64,000 bases of DNA from Waterburya sp. (GCA_965217895.1 CBDCJV010000002.1:1216001-1280000); one strand, 5' to 3'. Shown: positions 18,816 through 29,615, counted from the stretch's first letter. Notes: generated by a model not told the origin, from the sequence alone. A program made the numbers and translations.

Positions 18816-19778
18816 TTATGACATCTCCAACATTCTCTGAATAGGTTTTAAGGCTCTGGTGCGAATATCTTCAGGTAAAGTAATTTCTGGGGTTTTATTT
18901 TTCATCGCCAAGTAAAGCTTCTCTAATGTATTCAGGCGCATATAAGGACATTCATTACAGGCACAGTTATTCATAGCTGGAGCAGGGATAAAATACTTAT
19001 TAGGTGCAGCTTTTTCCATCTGGTGAATGATTCCTGGTTCTGTAGCGACGATAAACCGATCGCTACTGCTTGTCTGACAGTATTTTAATAAAGCCGTAGT
19101 TGAACCAATAAAGTCGGCATGGCGTAATACAGGAGATTCGCATTCAGGGTGAGCAATCATTTCGGCGGTGGGATGCTCAACCTTTAATTCAATAATTCTC
19201 TTTTCTGAGAAAGTTTCGTGAACAATGCAGCTACCTTGCCATAAAACTAAGTCTCTACCTGTTTTTTCGCTAACGTAACGACCTAAATTCTTATCTGGGG
19301 CAAAAATAATTGGCTGATTTTTTGGGATTTGATTAACTATCTTTACCGCATTAGAACTAGTACAAATAATGTCACTTAAAGCTTTGATTTCAGCAGTACA
19401 GTTAATGTAAGAAATAACTATATGATCTGGGTGAGCTTCTTTAAAAGCCTTAAATTCTTTTGGTGGACAACTATCAGCCAAAGAACAGCCAGCTTCAAGA
19501 TCGGGTAATAAAACCAACTTGTTAGGATTGAGTATCTTCGCGGTTTCTGCCATAAAATGCACTCCCGCAAAGACAATTACCTCCGCATCAGTATTAGCAG
19601 CCTGCTGAGACAAACCCAAAGAATCGCCTAGATAATCGGCAATATCTTGAATGTCTGCTTCCTGGTAATAGTGAGCTAAGATTACGGCGTTTAACTCTTG
19701 CTTTAGCTTATTTATTGCGCCAAATAAGTCATTAGGAATCTCGTAAGGGTTTGCTTTAGGTTTAGCTGCTGTAAACAT
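18816..19778 (-). CDS. nadA: Quinolinate synthase
   Basis: [35 protein letters not shown]. Confidence 0.97.
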   Translation of the reverse strand: MFTAAKPKANPYEIPNDLFGAINKLKQELNAVILAHYYQEADIQDIADYLGDSLGLSQQAANTDAEVIVFAGVHFMAETAKILNPNKLVLLPDLEAGCSLADSCPPKEFKAFKEAHPDHIVISYINCTAEIKALSDIICTSSNAVKIVNQIPKNQPIIFAPDKNLGRYVSEKTGRDLVLWQGSCIVHETFSEKRIIELKVEHPTAEMIAHPECESPVLRHADFIGSTTALLKYCQTSSSDRFIVATEPGIIHQMEKAAPNKYFIPAPAMNNCACNECPYMRLNTLEKLYLAMKNKTPEITLPEDIRTRALKPIQRMLEMS

Positions 19779-19815
19779 ACTGGTTGGCTTTTATAATCTA
19801 AGATTTAGTTTATGG

Positions 19816-19844
19816 GTAATTATAGTAGTTTTTACTATAATTAC
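19816..19844. promoter_or_regulatory. Palindromic operator upstream of nadA (NrtR-type box)
   Basis: GTAATTATAGTA-GTTTT-TACTATAATTAC; core TTATAGT-N7-ACTATAA. Confidence 0.7.
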
Positions 19845-19915
19845 ATTATAGTTTATTCCACCAATATTTGCAGACCAAAGATAAATCGCGCAGAGTCAGT
19901 AGTTTAGAGTCTTGA

Positions 19916-20614
19916 TCAAGAATATAGCCAGCTATCAACTATTCTCAATATAGTTTTATCACCCAAGCCTCTAACATTTTCTAATACTTCGGTTAATGAT
20001 TTAAAAGGTCTTGCTTCGATAATTTTAGGAGCTATATCGTTAGCTTTTTTATCTGATCTAAGAATTGGTTTTAATTTACTTACTAGCTCAATTAAGCTAG
20101 CATTATTAAAAGTTGTCAAAGGCTCTATTTTTTCAGGAAGCTTGTTTTTAAGAGAGTCAATTTCTTGCTGTAATTTTTTATTATTTTGAGTATATTCACT
20201 TTTTAATTCATTTAGTCGATTTTCTATTCTTGATTCAATATTGGTTAAGCGAGTTTCTAAATTACTTGTATCACGGTTATCTTTTTGATCTGGTTTTGGT
20301 TTTGAAGGATTACGAAATATGGCAACCTGATCTTTTAATATTGCTTCGTTTTTGTCTTCAATAATATATGCTGCGATCGCTTCTCCGATTTCTAGATTTA
20401 ATTCTCTTGCTCTTGCTGCTGCATAATATTCAAAATGTCCATCTATTATCTGAAAAGAATTGATGCCTGTTCGACTTACTATTAAAGGATTAATTATGCC
20501 TTCTGCTGCCACTATTAATTTAGCAGCCTGTTCTATTTCCTGTTGATCAAAATTAGAACGAGGGCGATCGCAAGTTATGGTTCTAACTTCAACTAATGAT
20601 GATGATAAAGTCAT
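19916..20614 (-). CDS. ParB/Srx-like N-terminal domain + coiled coil + helix-hairpin-helix protein
   Basis: GIINPLIV..FQIIDGHFEYYAA; coiled coil LETRLTNIESRIENRL; C-terminal NNASLIEL...RPFKSLTEVLENVRGLGDKT. Confidence 0.7.
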   Translation of the reverse strand: MTLSSSLVEVRTITCDRPRSNFDQQEIEQAAKLIVAAEGIINPLIVSRTGINSFQIIDGHFEYYAAARARELNLEIGEAIAAYIIEDKNEAILKDQVAIFRNPSKPKPDQKDNRDTSNLETRLTNIESRIENRLNELKSEYTQNNKKLQQEIDSLKNKLPEKIEPLTTFNNASLIELVSKLKPILRSDKKANDIAPKIIEARPFKSLTEVLENVRGLGDKTILRIVDSWLYS

Positions 20615-22002
20615 GCTACTCCTATTTTTTTCAATACTTCAGTTGCCAAGTTTTCAAATTCTTGAGAAGATTTAGAATTAGGGCTATAGTCTAATACAGA
20701 TCTAGGATCGGGCATTTCTATTTCACCGATAAGTTGAACAGCATCAGAGCATTTAGCCAAATCTTCACGTTGAAATATAGTGGTGCTTAATAACGGTAAA
20801 CTATATTTATTGGTTATTTTAGATAATTGTTTTGGCAATGTATGCTGAACAAATTTGGCATGAGTTGATATTTTACAGGGAAGAACCCCAATTATTTCTA
20901 ATGGTTTTTGATTAATTACTTTCTTAGTAGCGTTAATATCTTGAATAAAGTTTTTGACGTTTACTAATCCTTGGTTAGCAAAAGGTTTCAAGTCCGAAGG
21001 AATTAGTAAATATTCTGCTGTAATTAAAGCAATTCTGGCATATAGATTTAAAGACGGAGGAGTATCAATTAAAACAATATCATATTGGTCTTTAACTTCT
21101 TTTAGCTTTTCTCGCAAAGTAAAATTTATTGAAGCTAACTGATTTAATCTATTTTCCTTCTCCATCAAACTTATATGAGCAGGAATAATATCAACTGTTG
21201 GAATACAAAAATTAGATGTTACCTTAATATCTTTAATTGGATAGGACTCTGAAAATCCTATAACATGAGATACGTTTGCTTTTTCAATATAATCATCAAA
21301 CTCATCATCAAACTTAACTAAACCTGTAGCAAAAGTTGTATTTGCCTGACTATCTAAATCTATAACTAATACTTTTTTACCTTTCTTACTCAGTGCTGCC
21401 GCTAAATTAACTACGGTAGTTGTTTTGCCTACACCACCTTTATTATGATATACCGCTATGATTTTCATATTTTGTTTTATTGATACTTTAGTTACCGTAG
21501 AAGTACTGCTAATAATTGCTTCCCTTGTTTGCCTATTATTTTTCCTTAGACTATCTTTCCCAATTAAAGCTTTAATATTAGCAATATTATTATCAATCTC
21601 ATTTCCGCCACATTGGAATAATAGTTTGGGAGAATTGGGTAATAAACCTTGAGACAATTCTGGAGATATTTCTTTCTGATAAATTCTAAAGTCTCTACTG
21701 TTAGTCAAAACTCCATACTGTACAGATATAGTATGTAGATATCTATTAAATTGCGCTAGATGATTGTCTAAATTTTGTTTTGGATGCTTTGTTTCTACAA
21801 TTAGACTACGATCTAAATTTATCTTTTGTTGGTTATAAACAATCGGTTTGCTCAAGATCAAGAAGTCCAGACGAATATTGCGAATAGTTACTTCTTCATA
21901 CCAACTATCAGGAGAATAGCCTAATCTTGGCAACAAATAGTGAACTATTAGCTTGCTTCTTACTTCTGTTTCATTACGACAATAATGATGATTAAAACTC
22001 AA
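20611..22002 (-). CDS. HsdR_N-like nuclease domain fused to ParA/Soj ATPase
   Basis: NETEV..KLI..LL..LGY, RLDF, IVETK, QFNRY, GVLTN; then KGGVGKTT, IDLDSQAN, IDTPPS. Confidence 0.8.
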   Translation of the reverse strand: MSFNHHYCRNETEVRSKLIVHYLLPRLGYSPDSWYEEVTIRNIRLDFLILSKPIVYNQQKINLDRSLIVETKHPKQNLDNHLAQFNRYLHTISVQYGVLTNSRDFRIYQKEISPELSQGLLPNSPKLLFQCGGNEIDNNIANIKALIGKDSLRKNNRQTREAIISSTSTVTKVSIKQNMKIIAVYHNKGGVGKTTTVVNLAAALSKKGKKVLVIDLDSQANTTFATGLVKFDDEFDDYIEKANVSHVIGFSESYPIKDIKVTSNFCIPTVDIIPAHISLMEKENRLNQLASINFTLREKLKEVKDQYDIVLIDTPPSLNLYARIALITAEYLLIPSDLKPFANQGLVNVKNFIQDINATKKVINQKPLEIIGVLPCKISTHAKFVQHTLPKQLSKITNKYSLPLLSTTIFQREDLAKCSDAVQLIGEIEMPDPRSVLDYSPNSKSSQEFENLATEVLKKIGVA

Positions 22003-22165
22003 TGGGATACACTTAAATCTGTAATTCGGTCAATAGTTGTATTTTACTGATATTCTAAATGCTTGATAGCGATCGCTATTTTCTAAATCCCTACACTTGA
22101 TTAGAAATTAGTCGATTAACGTTAGATTGAAGAAGAATTAGTTAGTAAGTAAACCAATAACTCTA

Positions 22166-23494
22166 TTGAATCATAATCACTCTTGGGAACCCGATTATCA
22201 GAGTCGTTTTTGGCGGTTGGCAATAGTTAATATTTTGTCTAACTTAATGGTGCCGTTGGCTAGCTTAGTTGATGTAGCATTTTTGGGACATTTAACAGAA
22301 ATTCGTCATTTAGCAGGAGTGGCGATCGCCACTATCCTATTTAACTATATCTACTGGACTTTTGGTTTTCTACGGATGGGAACAACGGGTTTAACTGCTC
22401 AAGCAATGGGCAGAAACGAAGCAGACCAAGTTATTTTAACTTTATTACGCAATGGTGCGATCGCTCTGACTCTAGGCATAATTATTCTTATTTTGCAGCA
22501 ACCTATAAGAGAAATTGGCTTTAGGTTACTCAAAGCCGACTCAGGAGTAATTGAAGCGGGACGAACTTATTATAATGCTTTGATTTGGGGCGCGCCTGCT
22601 ACACTGTTAAATTTTGTCTTACTAGGCTGGTTTCTCGGCAAAGAACAAGGAACAAAAGTATTCTTATTCTCTCTGGTAAATAGCGGGGCAAATATTATTT
22701 TTGACTATCTATATATTGTTCGCTGGGGACAAGAGAGTGCTGGCGCAGGCACTGCAACGGCAATCAGTCAATATACAACTCTACTATTATGCTTAATTTT
22801 GGTCGGGCGAGAAATTTCTTGGTCTTCCTTACGGCACAACTTTAAAAACATCATTAATATTTCGGCATTTAAAGCTACTTTTTCCCTTAACAGAGATATT
22901 TTAATTCGCACTTTGGCTTTAATATCTACCTTTGCTATTTTTACTAACCTCAGCGCAACCATGGGAACTATGGTTTTGACTGCCAACACCTTACTTTTGC
23001 AGGTAGTAACTTTAGCAGCCTACTTTATAGATGGTATTGCCTTTGCCACCGAAAGTATTGCTGGAAATTTACAGGGACAAGGACGAAATAAGCAGCTAAT
23101 GCCTTTACTTAAACTAGCTGGTGGTAGTAGCTTACTAGCTGGTTTGGGTTTTGCGATCGCCTTTTCTCTATTTACGCAGCCGTTATTTAGTCTTTTGACT
23201 AGTCACTTGGAAATAGTTAACCTAGTCGGTAACTATGTCTGGTGGCTATTGCCCATTCTAGGTTTTGGTTCAATGGCATATATGCTAGATGGCTATTTTT
23301 TAGGTTTAACCGCAGGTAAGATATTACGCCAGTCTACTCTGATTGCTACTTTACTCGGCTTTGCGCCTATGGCGATCGCAGCATGGTATACCCATAGGTC
23401 ACATTTACTTTGGCTGGCACTGACTTTATTTATGGCAGCTAGGAGTATAACTTTGGGTTTAGAAGTAAGAAGGCGATTCAGTCGCATTCACTAA
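22166..23494 (+). CDS. MATE family efflux transporter (DinF-like)
   Basis: LVDVAFLGH, FGFLRMGTTGLTAQA, multiple TM segments. Confidence 0.92.
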   Translation: MNHNHSWEPDYQSRFWRLAIVNILSNLMVPLASLVDVAFLGHLTEIRHLAGVAIATILFNYIYWTFGFLRMGTTGLTAQAMGRNEADQVILTLLRNGAIALTLGIIILILQQPIREIGFRLLKADSGVIEAGRTYYNALIWGAPATLLNFVLLGWFLGKEQGTKVFLFSLVNSGANIIFDYLYIVRWGQESAGAGTATAISQYTTLLLCLILVGREISWSSLRHNFKNIINISAFKATFSLNRDILIRTLALISTFAIFTNLSATMGTMVLTANTLLLQVVTLAAYFIDGIAFATESIAGNLQGQGRNKQLMPLLKLAGGSSLLAGLGFAIAFSLFTQPLFSLLTSHLEIVNLVGNYVWWLLPILGFGSMAYMLDGYFLGLTAGKILRQSTLIATLLGFAPMAIAAWYTHRSHLLWLALTLFMAARSITLGLEVRRRFSRIH

Positions 23495-23517
23495 CGCCTA
23501 AATTTAAGCAGGCGTTG
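23493..23517. terminator. Hairpin between convergent genes
   Basis: AACGCCT-N10-AGGCGTT. Confidence 0.45.
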
Positions 23518-23548
23518 GTAGAATGCGTAATATTATAAAGCCTAATAA

Positions 23549-25012
23549 CTAGTACACATTCGCCAAAAGCTTACGGTTTAAAAATGCCATAGGATCTACT
23601 GCACCTTGACCCTTAGGATGAATTTCAAAATGTACATGAGGACCAGTGCTGTAGCCAGTGCTTCCCACTTCCGCTATTTGCTCTCCTTGATTGACTCTCT
23701 GACCAACGTTAACCATGATTTGACTATTGTGGGCGTAGAGAGTAACGCTACCGTCTAAATGCTGAAGCTCAATCATATTGCCATAGCCTCCACTATTCCA
23801 ACCTGCCTCAATTACTTCTCCTGATGCTGCTGCTACAACTGGAGTGCCGATAGGCGCAGCAATATCGACTCCTGCGTGGAGTCTACCCCAACGCCAGCCA
23901 TAACCAGAACTCAATACTCCTCTAGCAGGCCAAGCATAACCGTTAAAGACCTTTGGTAGATATTCTTCTGAGGGAGGTAAGGGGGGTAATTGTAAGGCAA
24001 TAGCATTTTTATCTAATAGATCTGGTTGTGAATCCTGTTTAGCAGGAATAGAAGTCGCCGTATCAGCCTCTGTCTTAATAGATTGAACTTCAGAGTTATC
24101 TCCACCAACACTAGAAGCACCAGCATCATTTAAAGTATTTTGTTGTTCTGGTTGAGGCTGCTGGCGATACTTATTACGCAACTCATCAATTTCTGAACTC
24201 AGTTTGCTAATGTAAGGATCGTCGCTTGAATTTGCTGAGTCATGACTATTATCGTGCCTATCTAACCTCTCTCCATCGTCTTTTAAAACTTTAGCGGAAA
24301 GTTCGGTAGAGGCTAATTTTACATTTTTTTGATTTGTATTAGCGTCATACAAAGCACTATCAATTGCTCTGGGAGGAATTTTTAGCTCTCGATCGATCTG
24401 GATAATATTGGCGTTTTTTAGACCGTTGAGCTTGACTAATTCTGCACTAGAAACCTGATATTTTTTAGCAATTTGTTCAACAGTATCGCCATATTTTACT
24501 TTGTGAATTTTAAAATTTGAACTAGCTGCTGGCAAAGCAGGAGTGGAAGGTAAAGCTGAAGGTTTATAGTTATTAGCGACCAAACTAGATGAGGAGTCTA
24601 GATTGTTATTTACTTGACCCGCAAGAAAATTGTTTTGCTGGTTAGGAGTTGCTTGAGCAAGATTTGCTGGATTTGTGGCTTTGTTTCTCAAAGGTGAGGT
24701 AATCAAACTAAAGATACGTGGCAAAAAAGCAGAGCGTCTAGCTTGGCTGGTGTTGGAATCAGAGTTTGTTGGTGAAGTCGAAAATTGATTGCCAAAACTG
24801 GCCGTTTTGCCTGACTCTGAGCTTATATTTTTAGCGGTAGCTACTCTACCATAGATCGGTAGATAAATTACTACTGCGATCGATGTAGCTAACCCCAATT
24901 TGATAGTTAAGCTAGTGTTGCGTCTGACATTTTTGGCTGGGATTAAAGGAGATTGATTTAAAGAACTAATATTTGATTGCTCTTTGGGAGTGGAAGCTTT
25001 GTGAGAAGGCAT
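23549..25012 (-). CDS. LysM + M23 peptidase (NlpD-like)
   Basis: HKVKYGDTVEQIA (LysM); HAGVD, YAH, TGPHVHFE (M23). Confidence 0.92.
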   Translation of the reverse strand: MPSHKASTPKEQSNISSLNQSPLIPAKNVRRNTSLTIKLGLATSIAVVIYLPIYGRVATAKNISSESGKTASFGNQFSTSPTNSDSNTSQARRSAFLPRIFSLITSPLRNKATNPANLAQATPNQQNNFLAGQVNNNLDSSSSLVANNYKPSALPSTPALPAASSNFKIHKVKYGDTVEQIAKKYQVSSAELVKLNGLKNANIIQIDRELKIPPRAIDSALYDANTNQKNVKLASTELSAKVLKDDGERLDRHDNSHDSANSSDDPYISKLSSEIDELRNKYRQQPQPEQQNTLNDAGASSVGGDNSEVQSIKTEADTATSIPAKQDSQPDLLDKNAIALQLPPLPPSEEYLPKVFNGYAWPARGVLSSGYGWRWGRLHAGVDIAAPIGTPVVAAASGEVIEAGWNSGGYGNMIELQHLDGSVTLYAHNSQIMVNVGQRVNQGEQIAEVGSTGYSTGPHVHFEIHPKGQGAVDPMAFLNRKLLANVY

Positions 25013-25239
25013 AATATTAGAGTCAGATGCTTAAATTCTATAGTGGTTGGTGATTTGCTCTGCCAAGAGGCTTAAATATGAGGCAAGTATGATCTACTCA
25101 AGTAACTTAAAAATATATTCAACAGAATTTACCACCGATAGGCGTAAAAGGTTATCTGCCAAAAAATAACTAGTTATTTCTATGGAAGGTTATCTTAAAA
25201 CAGAGATTAAAACAAGAAGAGTACAGAAAAAAATAAGAT

Positions 25240-25710
25240 CTAATTGAGTGAACTGTTGTTAGTAGTCTGTCTAATCGCTTCAAATAGACCGATCGCCACA
25301 CTGACAGAAAGATTTAAACTACGCACGTTAGGTTCGGCAATATTAATCCTTACTTTCTTGTCGCAAGCATCAATGACTGCTGCGGGTAAGCCTGCGGTTT
25401 CTTTGCCAAACAATAGCCAGTCTGTGTCCTGATACTGACAGGCAAGATAGTTTTTGCTGCCACGGACGGTAAAACCGATTAGTCTACCGCCTCTTTGACA
25501 ATGTTCTTGCCAAAAAGCAGCTAAATTCTCGTGATAATGTAAATCTACGTAGGGCCAATAGTCCAATCCTGCTCTTTTCAAATAGCGATCGCTAATCTCA
25601 AATCCTAACGGTGCAACTAAATGTAGCTCGGTTTTAGTAGCAGCACAGGTACGGGCAATATTTCCCGTGTTAGGTGGAATTTCAGGATGAACTAGAACAA
25701 CACGAACCAT
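25240..25710 (-). CDS. trmL: tRNA (cytidine34-2'-O)-methyltransferase
   Basis: PEIPPNTGNIAR, RAGLDYW, FGKETAGL, RSLNLS. Confidence 0.95.
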   Translation of the reverse strand: MVRVVLVHPEIPPNTGNIARTCAATKTELHLVAPLGFEISDRYLKRAGLDYWPYVDLHYHENLAAFWQEHCQRGGRLIGFTVRGSKNYLACQYQDTDWLLFGKETAGLPAAVIDACDKKVRINIAEPNVRSLNLSVSVAIGLFEAIRQTTNNSSLN

Positions 25711-25733
25711 TTAAGTCAATTATCAATTATTTA

Positions 25734-25761
25734 GTAAGGGCGAACGGCCGTTCGCCCTTAC
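25734..25761. repeat. Perfect 28-bp REP-like palindrome
   Basis: GTAAGGGCGAACGG|CCGTTCGCCCTTAC. Confidence 0.9.
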
Positions 25762-25769
25762 AACAGTTA

Positions 25770-26927
25770 TTAGGCTATCAAAGCAGGTGGACATACAGCA
25801 TAATCCAAATCTCGTTCTTGTTGAGCAATAGCTTGAATATCTTGCTGAATAATCTGAGGAATAGGCATTCCCTGGCGATGTAATTTTAACCATTGCTGGG
25901 CGGTATTTCCCGTGCGCAGAATTTTCTTGAGAGGGGATAAAAAACAGCTAAAGCCTTGTTTTTTGGCAAGGGGATACACCTGATCGTAAATTTCTTGAAT
26001 CCAATCCCTAGCGATGATTTTTCTGCCGTCTTGCCAGTGGCGTAACTCGGCATCTAAACTGTGGCGTGCTGCTGCCATTTCGTTGGCATCAGCCAAAGCC
26101 ATTAACTCTGACTGGAGATCGTTTGCTGACAAATTACTTTGCTGTAAAGGATCGAGTTTCAGATTAGCCATCATCTGCATAATTCTTGCCTCTAACAAAG
26201 CAGTAATTGCCAAAAGAGCCAAGGGATCGACAACTAGGTCACAAATCCTTAATTCCAAACGATTAAGATTATAAGGACGGCGATCGCCATTTGGTCGAAC
26301 CGAACTCCACAGATGACGCACATTGCGCATTTTTCCTGCTGCTAGCTGTTCCTCTGTCCAGAGAATAAAATGACCGTGACTTTCAAACAGGGGTACATTT
26401 TGAGGTGTTTTGGGAAACATTTGCCAACGGGATGAATGACTCCCTGTTGCCTTGCCGTCGATAAAGGGAGAAGACGCGCTCAAAGCTAAATACAAAGGAG
26501 CTTCTACCCGCACCAAACGACAGGCTTGCATCAGCAATTCAGGATTATCAATGCCCACGTTAATATGAATGCTGGCGGTAACTACATCTGTGCCGTAGGT
26601 TTGCTCAATGTAGGTGTGATAAGGATTATTGGGATCGGAGCGACAAAAGCGATCGCTTCCGCCTAATGACATGGTGCTACCAGGAATTATTGTATAATCT
26701 CCTAAAGTCTGAATGTAGGATCTCATAGCTTGCCGAGGTTTTAGCAAGGCGCACAACAGGCGATCGTAGGCACAAAAGGGCGCAGTAGTATACTCAACAT
26801 TACGACTGTCTGGTTCGCGGACAAAACCGTCCAAAGCCTGAACAATTTTATCTGACAATCCTACAATTTTACCTTCTGGAGTGCCAGTGTACATTTCTAC
26901 TTCAAAGCCTTTGGACAGTAAACTCAT
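25770..26927 (-). CDS. gshA: Glutamate--cysteine ligase (cyanobacterial type)
   Basis: KGFEVEMY, REPDSRNVEY, ASIHIN, LELRICDL. Confidence 0.92.
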   Translation of the reverse strand: MSLLSKGFEVEMYTGTPEGKIVGLSDKIVQALDGFVREPDSRNVEYTTAPFCAYDRLLCALLKPRQAMRSYIQTLGDYTIIPGSTMSLGGSDRFCRSDPNNPYHTYIEQTYGTDVVTASIHINVGIDNPELLMQACRLVRVEAPLYLALSASSPFIDGKATGSHSSRWQMFPKTPQNVPLFESHGHFILWTEEQLAAGKMRNVRHLWSSVRPNGDRRPYNLNRLELRICDLVVDPLALLAITALLEARIMQMMANLKLDPLQQSNLSANDLQSELMALADANEMAAARHSLDAELRHWQDGRKIIARDWIQEIYDQVYPLAKKQGFSCFLSPLKKILRTGNTAQQWLKLHRQGMPIPQIIQQDIQAIAQQERDLDYAVCPPALIA

Positions 26928-27319
26928 CTTTAATTTTATTACTAGCTCAACTGTAAATATATTTGGACAAACTTGATTTTCTCTAAGAGAATTATCTAAA
27001 AAATGATCTTGAATGATCTTGGTTTGATTTTGCTTATTTTCTGCCCCTTTGTTCCTGCTCTTAGCTTAAAGGGCTTTAATGTAATGTAGCTAATTAAACT
27101 TGGGGGACAACCTTTAAAAAATATAAGAAACTTACTTAATTTCAGGTTTTATATAAAAAATTTCAATGATCTCGCGGTTTTTGAGTCACTGTATATGATT
27201 AACAGTGTAAACGATCACAGTTAGGCAAGGATCAAAAGATTAAGATACACAAAACATACTCTCTTTGGGTTAACATTGCTAATTGTTACATTCCAACCCT
27301 ATTTAACAATAATTTTTTT

Positions 27320-27505
27320 ATGACAACACTTTTATCTACTCATAGTGCTAAACACTACCAGACAGACCAACAGGTAAAGTATTTACATCTAGAGGCAGAG
27401 GTAGATATACTGCTCCAAAAATTAACTGCCCTTCAAAAACAAGAGCAGCTTTTAAAGGAACTTGCTACTAAATCATCTGAGTCTAGTGAATTAAATGCAG
27501 GCTAG
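27320..27505 (+). CDS. Small hypothetical protein upstream of DUF561
   Basis: 61 aa, YQTDQQVKYLHLEAEVDILLQKL helical segment; co-oriented with the next gene. Confidence 0.6.
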   Translation: MTTLLSTHSAKHYQTDQQVKYLHLEAEVDILLQKLTALQKQEQLLKELATKSSESSELNAG

Positions 27506-27568
27506 GTTTTAAGATAATCTAAGCTGGTGTTTAAAAAACGCCGATGACCGAATCCAAGAAAGTAAAGA

Positions 27569-28324
27569 ATGAAGATACATCCTCAGCTAGCCCAAGCCTT
27601 GGCTCAAAAAAATGCTCTTAAGGTAATTAGTGGCTTAAACAATTTCGACCAGGAACAAGTAACGGCAGTAGTTAAAGCTGCCGAAGCAGGTGGTGCAACT
27701 TTTGTTGATATTGCTGCCAAAGCAAGTTTAATCGAGACAGTTCGCAGCTTAACCAGCTTGCCTATCTGTGTCTCGGCAGTTGAACCAAAACTGTTTGTCA
27801 GTGCGGTTAATGCTGGTGCTGACTTAATCGAAATAGGTAATTTTGATAGCTTCTATAGCCAAGGACGGAAGTTTGAGGCAGCAGAAGTATTAGAATTGAC
27901 TCAGAAAACGCGATCGCTATTGCCTCAAGCGACTCTTTCTGTTACAGTGCCTCACATCTTGGCTTTAGATGAACAAGTTCAGTTGGCACAACAACTAGTA
28001 CGCTCAGGAGCGGATATAATTCAAACCGAAGGTGGGACTAGTATTAAGCCTGTTAGCCCTGGTGTAAGAGGCTTAATTGAAAAAGCTGCCCCCACATTGG
28101 CTGCTGCTTATAGCATTTCCCATGCCGTAGATATTCCTGTGCTTTGTGCTTCGGGCTTATCTAGCGTAACCGTACCAATGGCGATCGCTGCTGGTGCTTC
28201 AGGAGTTGGTGTTGGTTCGGCAATTAACCAGCTAAACAGCGAAGTAGCTATGGTTGCTGCTGTACGTAGTTTAGTTGAAGCTTTATCAATCATCAATTAT
28301 CAATTATCAATTAACAGAAATTAG
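27569..28324 (+). CDS. DUF561 (Ycf23) TIM-barrel protein
   Basis: LKVISGLNNFD, EIGNFDSFY, IQTEGG, GVGVGSA. Confidence 0.88.
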   Translation: MKIHPQLAQALAQKNALKVISGLNNFDQEQVTAVVKAAEAGGATFVDIAAKASLIETVRSLTSLPICVSAVEPKLFVSAVNAGADLIEIGNFDSFYSQGRKFEAAEVLELTQKTRSLLPQATLSVTVPHILALDEQVQLAQQLVRSGADIIQTEGGTSIKPVSPGVRGLIEKAAPTLAAAYSISHAVDIPVLCASGLSSVTVPMAIAAGASGVGVGSAINQLNSEVAMVAAVRSLVEALSIINYQLSINRN

Positions 28325-28478
28325 CTGTAGGGTGGGCAGGAAGAACAATTGTGTTTTTATCAGAATTCACTGCTATTAATGCCCATCAAAAATAATCATT
28401 TTATCAAAGAGTTTGTAGTCTGTAGTTTGTTGTTTGTAGTTTAAATCCGACTACAAACAACAAACTTTTTTACTGCTT

Positions 28479-29615
28479 TTATATTTCTGATAAGCCATCT
28501 TTAAGGGCGTAAGCTACCTGCTCTTGCTCCTTTGGGGAAATACCAGGAAACATCGGTAAAGATAATACTTCTTGGGCAGCTTGCTCCACTATAGGCAACT
28601 GCCCTTTTTGATAGCCTAAATCGTCATATACAGGCTGTAAGTGCAGCGGAATTGGATAATAAATCATGGAAATTATTCCCTGATGCTTTAAGTATTCTTG
28701 AACTAAATTCCGCTTTAGCTTCTTATTTAAGCTCTCTTGAGTCACACAAACTGTATATTGATTCCAAACGCTATCTCCTCCCGCTATAGCTTGAGGTAAC
28801 TTAATTGACGTAACCGAGTGTAAAAGTTCTTGATAGTAGCTTGCAGCCTGTTGACGTTGTTGATTCCAATAGTCGAGATAGCGCAGTTTAACGGTTAAGA
28901 TAACGGCTTGAAGCGCATCTATACGGCTGTTTAAGCCAATAAAATCATGACGATAGCGTTGAGGCGAACCATGTTCTTTGAGGATTCGCATTTGTTTGGC
29001 GATCGCACTATCGTTAGTTGTGACTGCACCACCATCGCCACAGGCACCTAAATTTTTAGTCGGAAAAAAGCTAAAGCAACCCACATGACCAATGCTGCCT
29101 ACTTTGCGTTCATTCCAGGCTGCACCCGTAGCCTGAGCGCAATCTTCGATTACGTATAAATTATGAGCTTCGGCGATCGCCATTAATCGCGTCATGTTTA
29201 CAGGCTGTCCAAAGATATGCACAGGAATAATGGCTTTCGTCTGGGGTGTTATTTTTTGCTCTATCTGAGTTGGATTGAAGTTAAATGTATCAAGCTCAAT
29301 GTCAACAAAAACAGGCTTTGCGCCCACTCTGCTTATCACTTCGGCAGTGGCAAAAAAAGTAAAGGGACTAGTAATTACCTCGTCCCCTGCACCAATATTT
29401 AGAGCTTTTAAAGCCAAAAAGAGGGCATCTGTGCCTGAGTTGCAGCTAACGCATTCAGTAACGCCCGTATAATTGGCAAACTTTTCTTCAAAAGTAGCAA
29501 CGGCTTCTCCGCCAATATAACAACCAGAATTAAGAATTTCGAGAACAGCAGAGTCTGTTTCTGCTTTAATTTGTTTATATTGCCTAGTTAAATCGACTGG
29601 GGGAATCTTCTTCAC
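28479..29615 (-). CDS. DegT/DnrJ/EryC1/StrS aminotransferase
   Basis: NSGTDAL, IEDCAQA, SFFPTKNLGACGDGG. Confidence 0.95.
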   Translation of the reverse strand: MKKIPPVDLTRQYKQIKAETDSAVLEILNSGCYIGGEAVATFEEKFANYTGVTECVSCNSGTDALFLALKALNIGAGDEVITSPFTFFATAEVISRVGAKPVFVDIELDTFNFNPTQIEQKITPQTKAIIPVHIFGQPVNMTRLMAIAEAHNLYVIEDCAQATGAAWNERKVGSIGHVGCFSFFPTKNLGACGDGGAVTTNDSAIAKQMRILKEHGSPQRYRHDFIGLNSRIDALQAVILTVKLRYLDYWNQQRQQAASYYQELLHSVTSIKLPQAIAGGDSVWNQYTVCVTQESLNKKLKRNLVQEYLKHQGIISMIYYPIPLHLQPVYDDLGYQKGQLPIVEQAAQEVLSLPMFPGISPKEQEQVAYALKDGLSEI

